The translations under genes were made by a program, and so were the position numbers. Below the pieces are notes generated by a model that had not been told where the DNA came from, did no database searches, and saw only the letters and a program-made list of their open reading frames with translations. DNA of 63,624 bases, the filler included, from Phoronis australis (taxonomy: Eukaryota; Animalia; Phoronida): the NCBI GenBank assembly GCA_002633005.1. It is 7 parts of 7 records of this genome, joined end to end, with 100 filler letters (N's around TTAATTAATTAA, not from the genome) between each part and the next. Parts side by side here need not be neighbours in the genome. Positions count along the whole stretch, not along the records: positions 1 to 16,379 come from NMRA01001334.1; 6 more parts are not named here. One strand, written 5' to 3'. Of this stretch, positions 1 to 12,896 are shown in pieces (position 1 is the first letter of the stretch; every line of letters begins with the position of its first letter).

Positions 1-1009
1 AATGTGCAAATTTTACACGGTGACAGATACGCGAAGCGATTTGGTGACGTATGTTGTCCTCGCTAAATATACCCAACTTGGGAAATGATTACACTTTGCC
101 TTGGTAGTCCCCCCCGCCCTTGCATTTATCACACTGACACAACCTCAGAAGACAGAAATATAATAGAGTAATAGCCTTATGTGAACGTTATGGCTTCCTA
201 TGATGGACCTCCAGAAGTATATTACGCGTTAGAAATTTAGATAATTCACACACAGAATGAGTCCATGTCGGTATATGACAGCGTGACTCGTGAGTGGCTG
301 ACAATAACAACTGCACTTAACACGTTCGTTGGAAATCACAGCACCGATTGTGGCCAATCGATTCTAGAACGCTCTCTGGCACTAACCTGACTTCCAAAAC
401 TTCTGAAACGTCTTCTTGGTGGCTCTGCTCGTTGTAATATAAACTTCATTGTCGCGGGCTAGCCAACACACGACTTTTTCTTCGAAGTTGACTGTCGGTT
501 AAAAAATTCAAACTGTTGACTTCCGGTGAAAACTGCCTTACGAATACAACTCAACACAAAGGAAACTTGCAAAATAACTAAGTGTTTTTAAGAATTTCAT
601 GAGTATTTTTGATTGCATTGTACTGACCAGGTCAGTGTCTCAGGGGATTAGCATTGGGTGCATTATTACTGCTGTTGGTCACCGGATGTTCGTCTACATT
701 TAAATTCACAAAGACGTAGTGCCGTAATGATTACATAACTGCACTAATTCCTGTACTGACCCGGTTAAACGTTCGTTGTTTTATGGTATTTGTATCTATA
801 TAAATGTTAAGGAAACATTCCGGCAACATTTTGTATGAGATGATGGGTTTTGCATGAGCAAACAATTATTTTTGTTGGAAAATAATGGGAAAAATTTCGA
901 ACCAAAATTAAATATCTCACAATATTCAAATTTTAAAAACTTGAAAACGTAAATTTTCATCACATAGAAACCTTGGAGTTTTTAGAAAATTCAAGTCCAG
1001 TTTTCTGAA

Positions 1010-1385
1010 AAACTTAAGAAATCAGGAAAACTTAAGTTTTTAAAATTACAAAACTTAAGTTTTGTGATAAACTTAAGTTATCAGAAAAACTTAAGTTTTA
1101 TTAGTACAAAAAATTAAGTTTTCATGAAAACTTAAGTTATTACTTGAAATTTAAGTTTATTTGTGAAAACTTAAGTTTTACATTTGAAAAAACTTAAGTT
1201 TTCTGAAAAACTTAACATTGTGCTGAAAAACTTAAGTTTTTGGCGAAAAACTTAAGTTTTAAAATCTTAAGTTTCTCTTAAAAACTTAAGTTTTTCCTCT
1301 AAAACTTAAGTTATTTTCGAAAAACTTAAGTTTTTTCATCAAGAACTTAAGTTTTCAGCGAAAAACTTAAGTTCATTTTTTTAAG
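1010..1385. repeat. Palindromic minisatellite, about 20-bp units with core AAAACTTAAGTTTT
   Basis: Many successive copies of aaaacttaagtt(tt) separated by short variable spacers; the core is self-complementary. Confidence 0.85.
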
Positions 1386-2453
1386 GGTTAGTATCAATCT
1401 CCTTTCGTCAGGTGTGCAGGTATGTAGTAAAACACCGAGAGACATAACAAACAAACAAGCAGAGTAAAACACTAGCTATATTTCGAGACTGCATGTCTTA
1501 TCATCAGGCAATAAATGGAATGAAATTATGCATAGCGAAATAAACATTGGAATACTCGTGACATGGGAAAGAGGGGCATACAAGCAGAGAGTGTGAATCC
1601 AACACACGATAGTAAGCCCGCAACCCTGTCGAAACAGAGCCAGAGTGCGGTACACGCCTGCTCATTCAACACAGGTTTTTGTATCTGTTCAATAGCGATT
1701 CCAAAATCTTTAACCAAAATGTGTAATTTTCAACAGAGCGAATGATGGTATTGTCTCGTATTTCTTGCCTAGTTCTTTTTCGGCCATGTTGGTGTATGAA
1801 ATGATCTTGAATGGACCCACGCCCCTTCAAGTGCATGGACATCCGTCGCGAGAGAGAACACACCGTGTGTCCTACATGTATGTAACACTGCTCACGAGAA
1901 TAAGGAAAAAGACATTACACTCTGCCACTGGTCGTAGTCTTTTACGACTTCGGTTGTTTTTCAAGACAAGATGACGTGACTATATATTCTGTATACATGT
2001 AACTGCAAAAATGATGCTTTGTGTTAATTACTGGACTCATTTAATTGCTTCTTTAAAGCGTCTGTGAACCCACGTGCACCAATCCGTTAATTTAAACCAC
2101 TTTCTGCTATAGAACTAGTCTAAATTGTTCCGGACTCATACGTGAAGTGATTTCTGGGTTTGATATGTTTTAGCAGTTGTCAATCTTTGAGACCAAACCC
2201 TGCGTTTGAGATGATACGTGACAAGTCAAGTTGCAGTGGTGGACCTCAAGCACTAACAGAGTATTACATGTAGTTCTATTGAAGTCCTTAATCACCTCCA
2301 ATTTGACTAAAACAAGTTGAGACCAATTTCATGACGGTCTGTATTCTAAATCAAAAGTTGATACTTGTGATGGAAAGCTGTTTTATAGTCAACTTAAGTA
2401 TAAACTTCCAAAACTAGCCTCATTCAAAGAAAATGATGGACGTGGGTGACGTT

Positions 2454-2888
2454 TTAGTAAAATATGCATGCTGGAGGTATCCAGTTAACTTTTGAGTTTG
2501 CGGCTTCAGATGGAATCAAACCTGCCAGTGTGAAGGTTCCTGGAACGAGTCCTCTTTTCTCATAGTAATTCCACTCAGCGTCTGTTAATTCTTGATCTTT
2601 TCCGGTAAGATGCTGGTCGTTGACCCAGAATGTGCGACATTCCCTGCGCTTCAGCGAATATGCAAAAGCATCACAGTCCTTGACAGCTAAACAGGCTAAC
2701 ATGCATCCCAAAATCGTATATGTGGTGGAGCTTGAGAGTAACTCCGCATTTCCCGCGACTTTTCTATTTTTAAGATCGAAGGACTGGCCACAAGTTTCAC
2801 AGTGGGATGAAGTAACAAAGAAGAATAAGACGAGGAAAACTTTTAAGGAACAAATCCATAACAGCACTTTGATAGGCATGACATCCAT
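2454..2888 (-). CDS. Small secreted PAN/Apple-domain protein (may be the 5' part of a longer or decayed gene)
   Basis: 144-aa ORF with a hydrophobic signal-like N-terminus (KVLLWICSLKVFLVLFFFVTSSHC), the PAN pattern CMLACLAVKDCDAFAYSLKRRECR and a W-x-YY end (WNYYEK). Confidence 0.7.
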   Translation of the reverse strand: MDVMPIKVLLWICSLKVFLVLFFFVTSSHCETCGQSFDLKNRKVAGNAELLSSSTTYTILGCMLACLAVKDCDAFAYSLKRRECRTFWVNDQHLTGKDQELTDAEWNYYEKRGLVPGTFTLAGLIPSEAANSKVNWIPPACIFY

Positions 2889-4102
2889 GCTGATGCGATG
2901 TTAGTATAATGGCGAAATTGTGTCCTCTCGATAGTTAAACTGAGACAAAATGAAACAAGGAAGGATTTCCAAAATCCGCCACGTGATGAAAATGGCCAAT
3001 GTGTACATACATGCACATGTGGTATTGGCGGTTAGTATTCAAGTATCAGTTGAGAAACTGTGACAAAGGTATTTAAATAATAAAACGCGAGCAAACCTTT
3101 AACAATAACCCACGTTAACCTTAATGAGTATTGTATCAAAAATTGTTTGGGAACGCAAATCAATACAGCTTGTTGTTAATTGGTCTGCTTCAGTATATGC
3201 TTCCTTATTATTTACCATTTCTCTTGACATTATAACGAAAATACCTCTATCGATGAAGACCAACATTCCGATCTATTTATTTCAGTGTCACTCATTATCA
3301 GTATACAGCAATTTCACAGCTTATTGCAGTGCTAACTCTACGTAAGTGTCTCCTTGCGAAGTGGCATTTGCCTTAAAGAGGCTTAGAACACGAAAGCTCG
3401 TCCAAAATGACTTCCAAAGAACTCACAACGAAAGTATCACGAACCTGCCAACGTCAACCACAGATGCTATGTAATTTCGCTGACTGGTAGTTTGGAAAAG
3501 AATCACAAAATTAACGATTTTTGAAATATGCACGAAGGAAAAACCCTGTAATCACCACCGTGTTTCTAATTCCCCTTCCACTTACGATAAAAGTGTGCGT
3601 GCTCTCGCAACCGTTCGTCAAACAGCTGACTTACAAGATGGATATTAAGGGCAGTATATATCATTTGTGATAGCACTCCATCCTACAGAACACTGTATGA
3701 GTCAAGCCAGTGAAGGAAACAATTTTCCATGAACTTAACTGAGTTTTAGAATAATTTGCAATGCAATAATACCTTTATAACTAATTTTAAGTTGTTAGGG
3801 CTTACATCAATTGTCTCTTAATATGACAGGCTTTTGCTTGAAGTCGCCATTGTTTTGTTTACATCAAAAGTCGAAGGTCACGTTTTCCATATAGGAAATG
3901 TGCTTCGTCTACGTATTGCCATACCCAATAAGGAGACGTGCTTTGCATTGAAGGAGAAGTAATTAGCAGTTGACAGATCGTGTTTTTGAAGTTTGAAACC
4001 AAATTCGAAATCTTTACGAACAAACCGTAAAAATGCCTGGTGAGTTACAAGTGGCATTCTGTTTCAGTGGCAGAGAACCACTTTGAATCGTGCAGTTTAG
4101 TC

Positions 4103-5825
4103 TTTTTATGCGCCCACATATTTATATGTGGATGCATTATGCCGGCATTTCTGTCTGTCCGTCCGTCCGTCCGTCTGGCGTCTGTCGTCTGGCGTCCGCT
4201 GCTATATCTCCAATACCGATCGGCATATGTTCATTATATTTTGAGCGTATGTTCCTTTCATGGATGAGACGGCATGAGCAAACTTTCTGACGGATCCGAT
4301 CACCGGTATGCCCCCTAGTTGCAATTTTATTTTTTTCCCTTTACATCTGTATCTTCAAAGATCCTTTACACATTTTCACAACATTTGGTATATAGGCATC
4401 TATTAATTAGACGACGTCATCCTCCCCTTTCTGGATGGATTTGACATAGTTTGCGCCACCTAGTGGCCATTTCTACTGTTTTCGAGTCTGTATTTTTAAC
4501 GTCCACCCCTCTATCAACCAAACCGCCTTAACCATGATTGTGAAAATTGGCATGTATGGTCTTACTTTGAAGAGAACGGTTGACGATTATTTTCCGATGA
4601 CTTCGACAACTGTGGCGCCTCCTAGTGGCAGTTTTGTTTTTTGCGCCTATGGTTATATCTCGTAAACCGTTTGCTGGATCTTTACTAAATTAAGTAAGTG
4701 CATTTACATGATGATGACAACAGGCGACGACGACTTTCATGCAGATCTGACTACTGGTGTGCCACCAAGCGACAGTTTTATTTGTTTACGTTTACCTCTG
4801 TATCTCCAAAGTCCTCAAGGTATTTTCATTAAATTTGATATACAGGCTTCTGTTAGTGAAGTGACGCCATCTTTCCGTTTTCAGAGGAATTCGACATAGT
4901 TTGCGCCACCTAGTGGCCATATTTACAGTTTTTGAGTCTATTTTTTGGTGTCCATCCCTCTGTCAACCAAACCTCTTTCAGGATAATTGTGAAAATTGGC
5001 ATGTATGTTTTTACTATGAAGTGGACGAGTGACGATGATTTTCTGACTTCGAATACTGTGTCGCCACCTAGGGGCAGTTTCGTTTTTTTTGCGCCCATGG
5101 CTGTATCTCCTAAACTCAGTGTTTGCAGGAACTTTACTAAATTTAACAATTGTGTTTACATGATGGTGACAAGGGACCACGACGACTTTCGGATGGATCT
5201 GAGTACTGGTGTGACCCCTGGTGGCAATTTTAGTTTGACGTTTACCTCTGTATCTTAAATGGTCCTCAACGGATTTTCATAACATTTTGCATACGGACAT
5301 CTATTGGTGAGATGACGCTATCCTTTAGATTTCGAATGAAATCAAGGTATTTTGCGCTTCCTAGTGGCAATTTTTTCTGTTTTCCATTCTTTTTTTTTTT
5401 GGCGTCTACCCCTCTATCAACCAAATCATTCTTAGGATGGTTTTGCAGATTGGCGTATATGTTCTCACTGCGAAGGGAATGGTTGGCTATATCTTTGACT
5501 ACTGTTGCGCCTCCTAGTGGTAGTTTTGTTTTGTTTTTTTGCGCCCATAGCTGTATCTCCTAATCCCACCGCAAGATCTTTATTAAATTTAATTAGTAAG
5601 TGTATTTATATGAAGCTAACAACACACAATGACAACTTTCGGGTGGATCCCATGAACAGAGTGCCCCCTAGTGGAAATTTCATTTTATTATGCCCTCCTT
5701 TGTTTCTCTGAAGTTCGGTGACAGATTTCTCTGAAATTTAAAGTATAGCTTTCTATTAAAGAAGCAATGACATGTTCCCGTTTATTGATTGATTGTACGT
5801 TTTTGTGCTATCTAGTGGCCATTTT
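4103..5825. mobile_element. Non-autonomous Helentron/DINE-1 (HINE)-like element with internal tandem array, copy 1
   Basis: T-run, then a terminal stem-loop (tgcgcccacata...tatgtggatgca), a GTCC microsatellite (about 4150-4200), and about 150-bp subunits in a 450-bp higher-order repeat (gacatagtttgcgccacctagtggccat at 4443 and 4893). A second copy lies at 10433. Confidence 0.7.
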
Positions 5826-6949
5826 ATTACACATTACTATAACCAACCCTAAAAGCACACCATTTGCGATACATTCGTGAGTGCATTTCAACGCTCTGCA
5901 TTGCTCTCGTTTTGCGTTCCAGGCCTCTTTAAAATATTCCGCTTGTTCATAAGTGACAATGGGCACACTTTTATGACTTCACCGGAAACCTCGCGGGCTA
6001 AGTCTATTGGCCTGTTGGCGAAACTAAAAACCACTCCTGGAGTGGCAGAGTATTCTAAGGGAATTGAACTGCTAAAATCAACGGTCTTGATCTGTGCATA
6101 TGTCCTACAGACCTCAACGAGAATTGGAATGTGTAATAAAATCACACAAAGGTTGCAGCTTCAAGAATTGTATCCTATCGAAACAGTATACCAAAAATGC
6201 GTTCTCGGCCACTAAGCCGATTTTGTCGCCTGAAATCATAGTAGGCCAAGCATACAGTTATTTCGACAAACATACCGTATGATCAGGTTATGTAAAAGTG
6301 TCCTTGTTCGCACGACACAATCGCAACAAAACGGTACGGAAATTGACAGTTTGTTGACGCCGTCCATCCGTAATTCATCGGTAATATCCGTACCGTCCTT
6401 GACCTCGAGCTGTCCAAGTTGGAAGTGTGTTTGGGCTTTTTGTCAAGATTTTTGTTCTTTGACTGCAAATATCTAACGAAGTCGCCGGAACAGGACACCG
6501 TGAATGGTATTGGAAGAAAGAACAATTGTCATTGGTTTGTTGAATCTTTGATTTGTGTATTTTTTGAGTTTTATGGTAGCTATGGAGGGATCAAGTGAAG
6601 CACCCATGGAATTTCTAGTCGGGAGTAACATGTACCTTGTAGTATTATATGTAGTGTATTGGGGACGATCAGAAGCTGAGGACGCCCGTGCCTAAAACCA
6701 GGGCCCGGTGCCTATAATGTCAGACTCGAACTCTAACTCAGACTCGAAATCGCATTTTCTACTCGACTGGAGTCCAAACTCGAAATAGTCGTGCCTAATG
6801 TCAGACTTGAAAAGTTTTGGACTCGAAAAATTGGAGTTTTGACTCCAAATCTCGAATTTGCTAAGTTAGCGTACTTGAAATCGCACTCGAAAATAAAAAT
6901 TGCAGGCATTAGGAATTATTTAAGAAATAGACTAGAGGTAGAGAAAGAG

Positions 6950-9903
6950 CAGCTGTTATCCTAGGGCGAAGACCACTTCCAGACAGACAAAACCCGTTGG
7001 AGAGCCTGAGTATTGAGGAAGTAGGCCTATTCCGTAGGTACCACGTTCTACCCAACACCAGAATCTTCATTTTAAATGTAATCAATCTGAAACAATATCA
7101 CAGCAACACATCGTTACCGCCACTTTACAAACTCCTCCTGACCCTCCGCTTCCTCGCCTCAGGCTCTCATTACACCCTCGTCGGGGAATCTTTCCAAAGG
7201 GAGATAACGCAAGGATAACGAAGTACCGGTTTTCTGACTTATTAGGTAAATACATGTATCGATCATTTCTTAATTGTTATTTACTTAGACTGAGAGTGGA
7301 TTTTCGGCCACACGTTAAACACAAACGTTAACGCTTGAGGGCGTCGTTGTTTGTTTATATGTTGACCTACATTTCCGCGCTCAGCCTTTGTAATCACCGG
7401 ACAACGTGGGCAGAGATGGCTTCGTCATCGTGATTTTTGTTGTCAATTTATCGTGAAAGTTCGTTTAAATGTGACCCCTTTAACCATTTTATAAAGTTAA
7501 GTCAACCATGAGACAAATGTCACTAAGTGCATTTGCCTTATTCAGTTCAATATTTGAAACATGACCTCTATTATGATCCACAATAAGGCACTATCATGTG
7601 TCTCGCCACAGGCAACTTTAAGTAGCCCTCTACGATATAAGATAATAAAGCGAAAGGCACACAGCTGACATTCAATATGGCCGTCTGCCGGCCACTTCCG
7701 GAATAACCCAAGCACGTCAAATCTGAGAGTAATTTAACTCAAACATTTTATCTGCGACAGCAACACGTTCATTGCTTCCATTTGTTGACATCGAAACCAA
7801 TAAATATCATAGATACCTCCAGATCTTTCTAGTTCAATCGTCAACATTCACGACAAAGTGAAAAGCAAGAAGGCTTCATATCAGTTTCGTCTAATCCGCA
7901 TGCTCATAAGGCCCCTCGCGACATCTTTAGAGCGCTTACATTAACTAAAAACAGCAACATTCAGCGAAGAGGCTCTTGACAGTAATTTACGAATATGTCG
8001 TCCTACCTCGCATGAGCATGTGAAAAAGCAGGGTTGTCTGTGGCCCCTTGAAAGTTTGACCTATTTTTGCTGTACCCAATCAGCGTGCTCATAGAGTAAC
8101 ATATAAATTAATTACAGGGGTGTATATACAGGCGGGTCAGGGGCGTCAAATCCCTCATCGAAAAGTGCGAGAAAATGAATTGTTTGAGTCCCTTTTAAGA
8201 AGTATGAGCGTTTGAAAAACCGGGCTCAGGATTTTAAACTATTTTTGATGGAAGGTGATAAAAATCCTACAGAAACGTAACATGGGTCACTTATGCGGCC
8301 GAACTTCAATGGAAGAAAATCTCAACAGCACCAGATAATATCACCTTATGGGTAAGCACCCCTCTGCAAAACCATATGTTCACCAAACTAAACAACAACA
8401 TGTATTTAATGAACAATTTTTTTGTTTTGTAGATGTGCTGTGATGCAAATTCTGAAATAACAAATTGTGTTGCCAAGTGGCCGGGCAGTGTGCACGACAG
8501 CAGGATTTTTCGGAATTCGATGCTATGTCTAGAATTTGAACAAGGTATGCCTTATCAGTGTTATATTTACAGGTGGTTTACAAAGAGGGTGAAAAGTAGC
8601 CAGGCATTAAAATCGATAATAAAAACAAATTTCGTATCACAAATTCATCAGTGTTCAGTAACGGACTAAAGTGAATTTGTATGTGAAAATGATAGAAAAT
8701 ATAATTTTTCTCCGTCTTGCGTGTTACCAAAAAACGAGGAAAAAATCAGTTTTCGTATCACAAATGTACTAAAGTGAATTTGTATGTGAAAAAATCACCA
8801 TTTGTGTTCTTGAGCTATTCAATTTTAGCTTAATTGATGAATATTGAATTGATTTTGGAAAAACGCTATTGCATGAGAAAACTGGTTTGCATTTTTAAAT
8901 GCAACTTAAAAGTTGGTTTTGCCAAATATTACTGAAACAAAGGGTGCTTTCTTTGATAAATGTTATCAATAAACATTTACATTTATCTTCTATTGTTATT
9001 TGAGGTGGCTTCCCATTAAAGAAGAGCACCCTAACTCAGAATGGTCAATGCAGATTTTGCAAGAAGTGCCTTCTGTAACATAAATGAGAATTTAGATCAA
9101 ATAAAGGACGCCAACTTGTCACGTTCATTTGTCTGAAACATGTTCTTTATACATGTATAAACCATCACAGCATTATAAAAACGTTGATATCTTCAGTTTG
9201 CTTACCACAGATCAATTAAAAACACAAATACAGTGCTATTTACTTTTTAGAATTGACTTGTGCGTTAACATAAACAATTGTATTGAATTGTGGTCAAAAC
9301 TTTTCAATTTATTCGCCACTCATTGTGAAAACTGACATTTTGAGTCAGTGGTGGTGGATCTCATTTTTTCTTTACTCCTGTTTAATGTTCACTTGTTAAA
9401 TCATTGCAAATTCATTCCGTGGTAGCATGAAATTGTGTCAAACTGAAATAATTATTGCAACTGACTTCAAGGATTTCATTGTAATAATTGTTTTAATTTT
9501 TCTTTATTCAGGTGAACACAGAGGAATCTTGTTAGGAGATTCGAGCTACCCTTGTCGAAAGTTTCTAATGACGCCATTTATTAATCCTGGTGATGATTCA
9601 GAGGTCTCATTTAATAATGCATTATGCAGAGCGAGAGTTTTAATTGAACAAACGTTCGGTGTTTTGAAACGCCGTTTCCCTTGCCTTCATGGTGAGTTGC
9701 GGGTTTCTCCTCAACAGGCATGTCAATTTATTTATGCCTGCGCAATTCTGCATAACATTGGAATTGAAGGAGGTCACATCTGTGCGTCGGATTGAGAACC
9801 ACTAGATCATGATGATGATATCTTACAAGTTATTCCAGAGGATGTTGAGGATGGTAGGGAGGTTCGTAGACACATTGTTAATAATTATTTTTCCCAACCT
9901 TAA
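6950..9903 (+). pseudogene. Harbinger (HARBI1-like, DDE_Tnp_4) transposase pseudogene with introns
   Basis: Exon about 6950-7245 (DRQNPLESLS, LLLTLRFLASGS..VGE). Exon 8433-8544 (KWPGSVHDSRIF) joins in phase 1 to exon 9512-9903 (LLGDSSY, FLMTP, RVLIEQTFGVLKRRFPCL, ACAILHNI, GREVRRHIVNNYF). In-frame TGA at 9793-9795; the IDGT..NRK segment was not found. Confidence 0.9.
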
Positions 9904-10432
9904 TCTGAAAGTCATCATACTAATGGCTTTCCATCACAAGGACAGAGAGTGCACCTTTTTCATTTCTAATGTTGTGCATACCATAAAACCTGCTTTATAA
10001 GGTCATAGTCTAACATAAAACCTGGCCGTTATATTTTCAAATTCAGTTCCTGTCAGCGTTGCGCATTTGGAATATTGCAGTCTTTATGCTTGATCGTCTC
10101 GACACGACATGTTTTCACGAGTCATGAGGAACAACTTGACCGACAACATGAAAGTTTATCTGAGGCAATGTTCTGAACCCAGAGTCCATTTGCAAAGTGA
10201 ATTATATACTCAACATTAAAATAGAAGAATGAATATCTAATCCAATTACGTCGATAGTCATATTGTTGTAAACAGGTGGAAGACTGGACAACTTGTTAAG
10301 CTATTTTGTTACTTTACTATAAATGCACTCACTGGCCTCTGCAGTGAAAACAGGGGCGGACTATCACCTTATGCTGAACGTGCCAATCAATTTTATGAAA
10401 AAACAATTCAAGTAAAGTCTGAATATTTTTAG

Positions 10433-11632
10433 TTTTTATTCGCCCACATATTTGTATGTGGACGCATTATGCCGTCATCTCCGTCCGTCCGTGCGGCGTC
10501 CGTCCGTCCGTCCAGCGTCCGCTGCTCTATCTCCAAAACCCTTTGAGATACGTTCAAGAAATTTGGCACATGAATGGAACAGCATGAGCTAACTTTCGGA
10601 AGGATCCAATTATCAGTGTGCCCCCTAGTGTTGATTTTAGTTTTTACGATTACCTTTGTTTCTTCAAAAGTCCTTTAAAAATATTTTCCAAAAAATGCGT
10701 ACAGGCTTCTGTTAGTGTGGTGACGCTATCTTTCCGTTTTCATATGGATTCGACTTAGTGGCCATTTTTATCACTTTCGTGTCTGTTTTATACGTCCATC
10801 CCTCTGTCAACCCACATCGCTTTCAGGGTAATTGTGAAAATTGTCATGTGTGTTTTTTATATGAAGTGGACGGCTGATTATGATTTTCCGATGACTTCAT
10901 CTACTGTGGTGCCTCCTAGTGGCAGTTTCGTTTTTTTTGCGCCCTTGGCTCTATCTCTTAAACCGTTTGCGGGATCTTTACAAAATTTAACAAGTGTATT
11001 TATTTTATGTTGACGAAGAACAACGACGACTTTCGGACAGATCTGACCACTGGTGTGCTCCTGGTGGCAATTTTAGATTTTACGTTTACCTCTGTATCGT
11101 CAAGGGTTCCCAACGATTTTTATAAAATTTTGAATACAGGTATCTGTTGGTGAGATGACGCTATTTCCCTATTTTGGATGGAATCGAGATATTTTGCGCC
11201 ACCTAGTGACCATATTTGCTGTTTTCGTGTCTGTTTTTTGGTGTCCACCCCTCTATCAACCAAATCATTCTAAGAATGTTTGCAAAATTGGCGCTTATGT
11301 TCTTTGTGTGAAAAGGATGGTTGACGATGACGACTTTGACTACTGTGGCTTCTCCATTGGTAGTTTTTTTTTGGTTTGCACCTAAACCTACTGCTGGGTC
11401 TTCATTAAATATTAGTAAGTGTATTTATATGAAGCTAACAACAGACAATTACAACTTTCAGGCATGTCCAATGAACACTGTGCCCCGTAGTGCCAGTTTT
11501 TATTGCATTCAGTTGTGTTGTCTTTGTTTCTCTTAAGTTCCGTGAACAGATTTCTGTGAAATTTGGTGAATACAGCATGTAGCTTTCTATTAAAAAAGCT
11601 ATGACATGCTCCCATTTTCGGATGGATTGTCT
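10433..11632. mobile_element. HINE/DINE-like element copy 2, nested in the Harbinger between its two genes
   Basis: Same terminus (tttttat-cgcccacatatttgtatgtggacgcattatgccg), GTCC microsatellite and about 150-bp subunits as 4103-5825. Confidence 0.7.
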
Positions 11633-12896
11633 CTGATAAACCATTAGAATGACCAACATGAACTGATATGTCTTTCTACAAATTAGAGCACGGTTGACAG
11701 TTGATATTTTTGTGGCAACCTCATTCAAATTTAAAGTTTTTGGGATATTGAATTAACGGTTTTGATTTGCAGTGCTATAATGGATGGTGCATGTTTTGTG
11801 ATGATATGGAATGATTAGCTCTAGAAGCATATACCTTCACATAATGTACATGATGAATCGGGAACATGTCGAAATTTATTTGAACACAATATTCCTTAAT
11901 GAAATCTCAACTATGAACACAACAGAGGAAAAGTATACAATATTAAACCTGTTTTAGGTAAATATAGAACCTTGGAGAAATTTAGTTTTGGTCATCTTCA
12001 GAACATCTTTTCTCATAAATGGCTGATCGGATTCAATTGAATCTTTCATATACTTTGCTTTATGCAATAAAGTTCTTCTAACATTCTTAAAATGTTTTCG
12101 AAATGGTTCACTTTGAATGTTTATGATATCGAAAAAATTGAATTGTGTGATCTTTATCAAAAAGGAGGCTGCTTTAAACGAAACTATAATTTAAAAATTA
12201 ATATTATTTGGATTTTATGTTGTAATTGATTCTGTCGTCTGCTATGACATATATTTCAATTTTTGCTAAATTTTACTTAAAAACATGGTCAAGTAACCAA
12301 ATTAAGTGCAGGTTGGTATGAAGTAAAAAATTCGAATTATGCGGAATTTCTTGGTTCAGTAAGTGTTTACTTATGACTTATTATAGTTCGGTAGCAGCCC
12401 TTCGTCGCCACAAAGTTGGTTGAAGGCACAACTGTACTTTTTGTTAGACAGCTTAGTTTATACTCATTCCTAGTCTCTATAAAGTCACGTAACCCCGTCA
12501 CGAAAAACAACCCAAGTAGGTACAGATTGCGATCAGTAGCCAAATTTAAAGTTGGTTATCTATTCACATGTCAAATGGCAGATTGTGTCTGTTCAAATTA
12601 TCGTGAATATCGTTGGACATAAGGCTTGTTCCCTCTCTCGACGGTTGTCCATACATTTGCAAGGCGGGTCCATTTATTACCATTTTTACACCAACATTTA
12701 TGTCACTGTTACGTCACTCTACGCCTGGAGCTTGTGTAGAGACTACATGTACGAACAAGTTTACATTAATTTGTCTAACAAAAGCACAATAGTGCCTTCA
12801 ACCAAGTTTGTTATGTTGATAAGTTCTATTAATTGTTTAGTAGATATTTGGTGAAAGGTATATTATACTCCTAGATATAATGTCCTGCACAACCTT

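Noticed and set aside
4708-5711. Several overlapping short ORFs
   Set aside because: They lie within the tandem array of a non-coding repeat and show no domain motifs.
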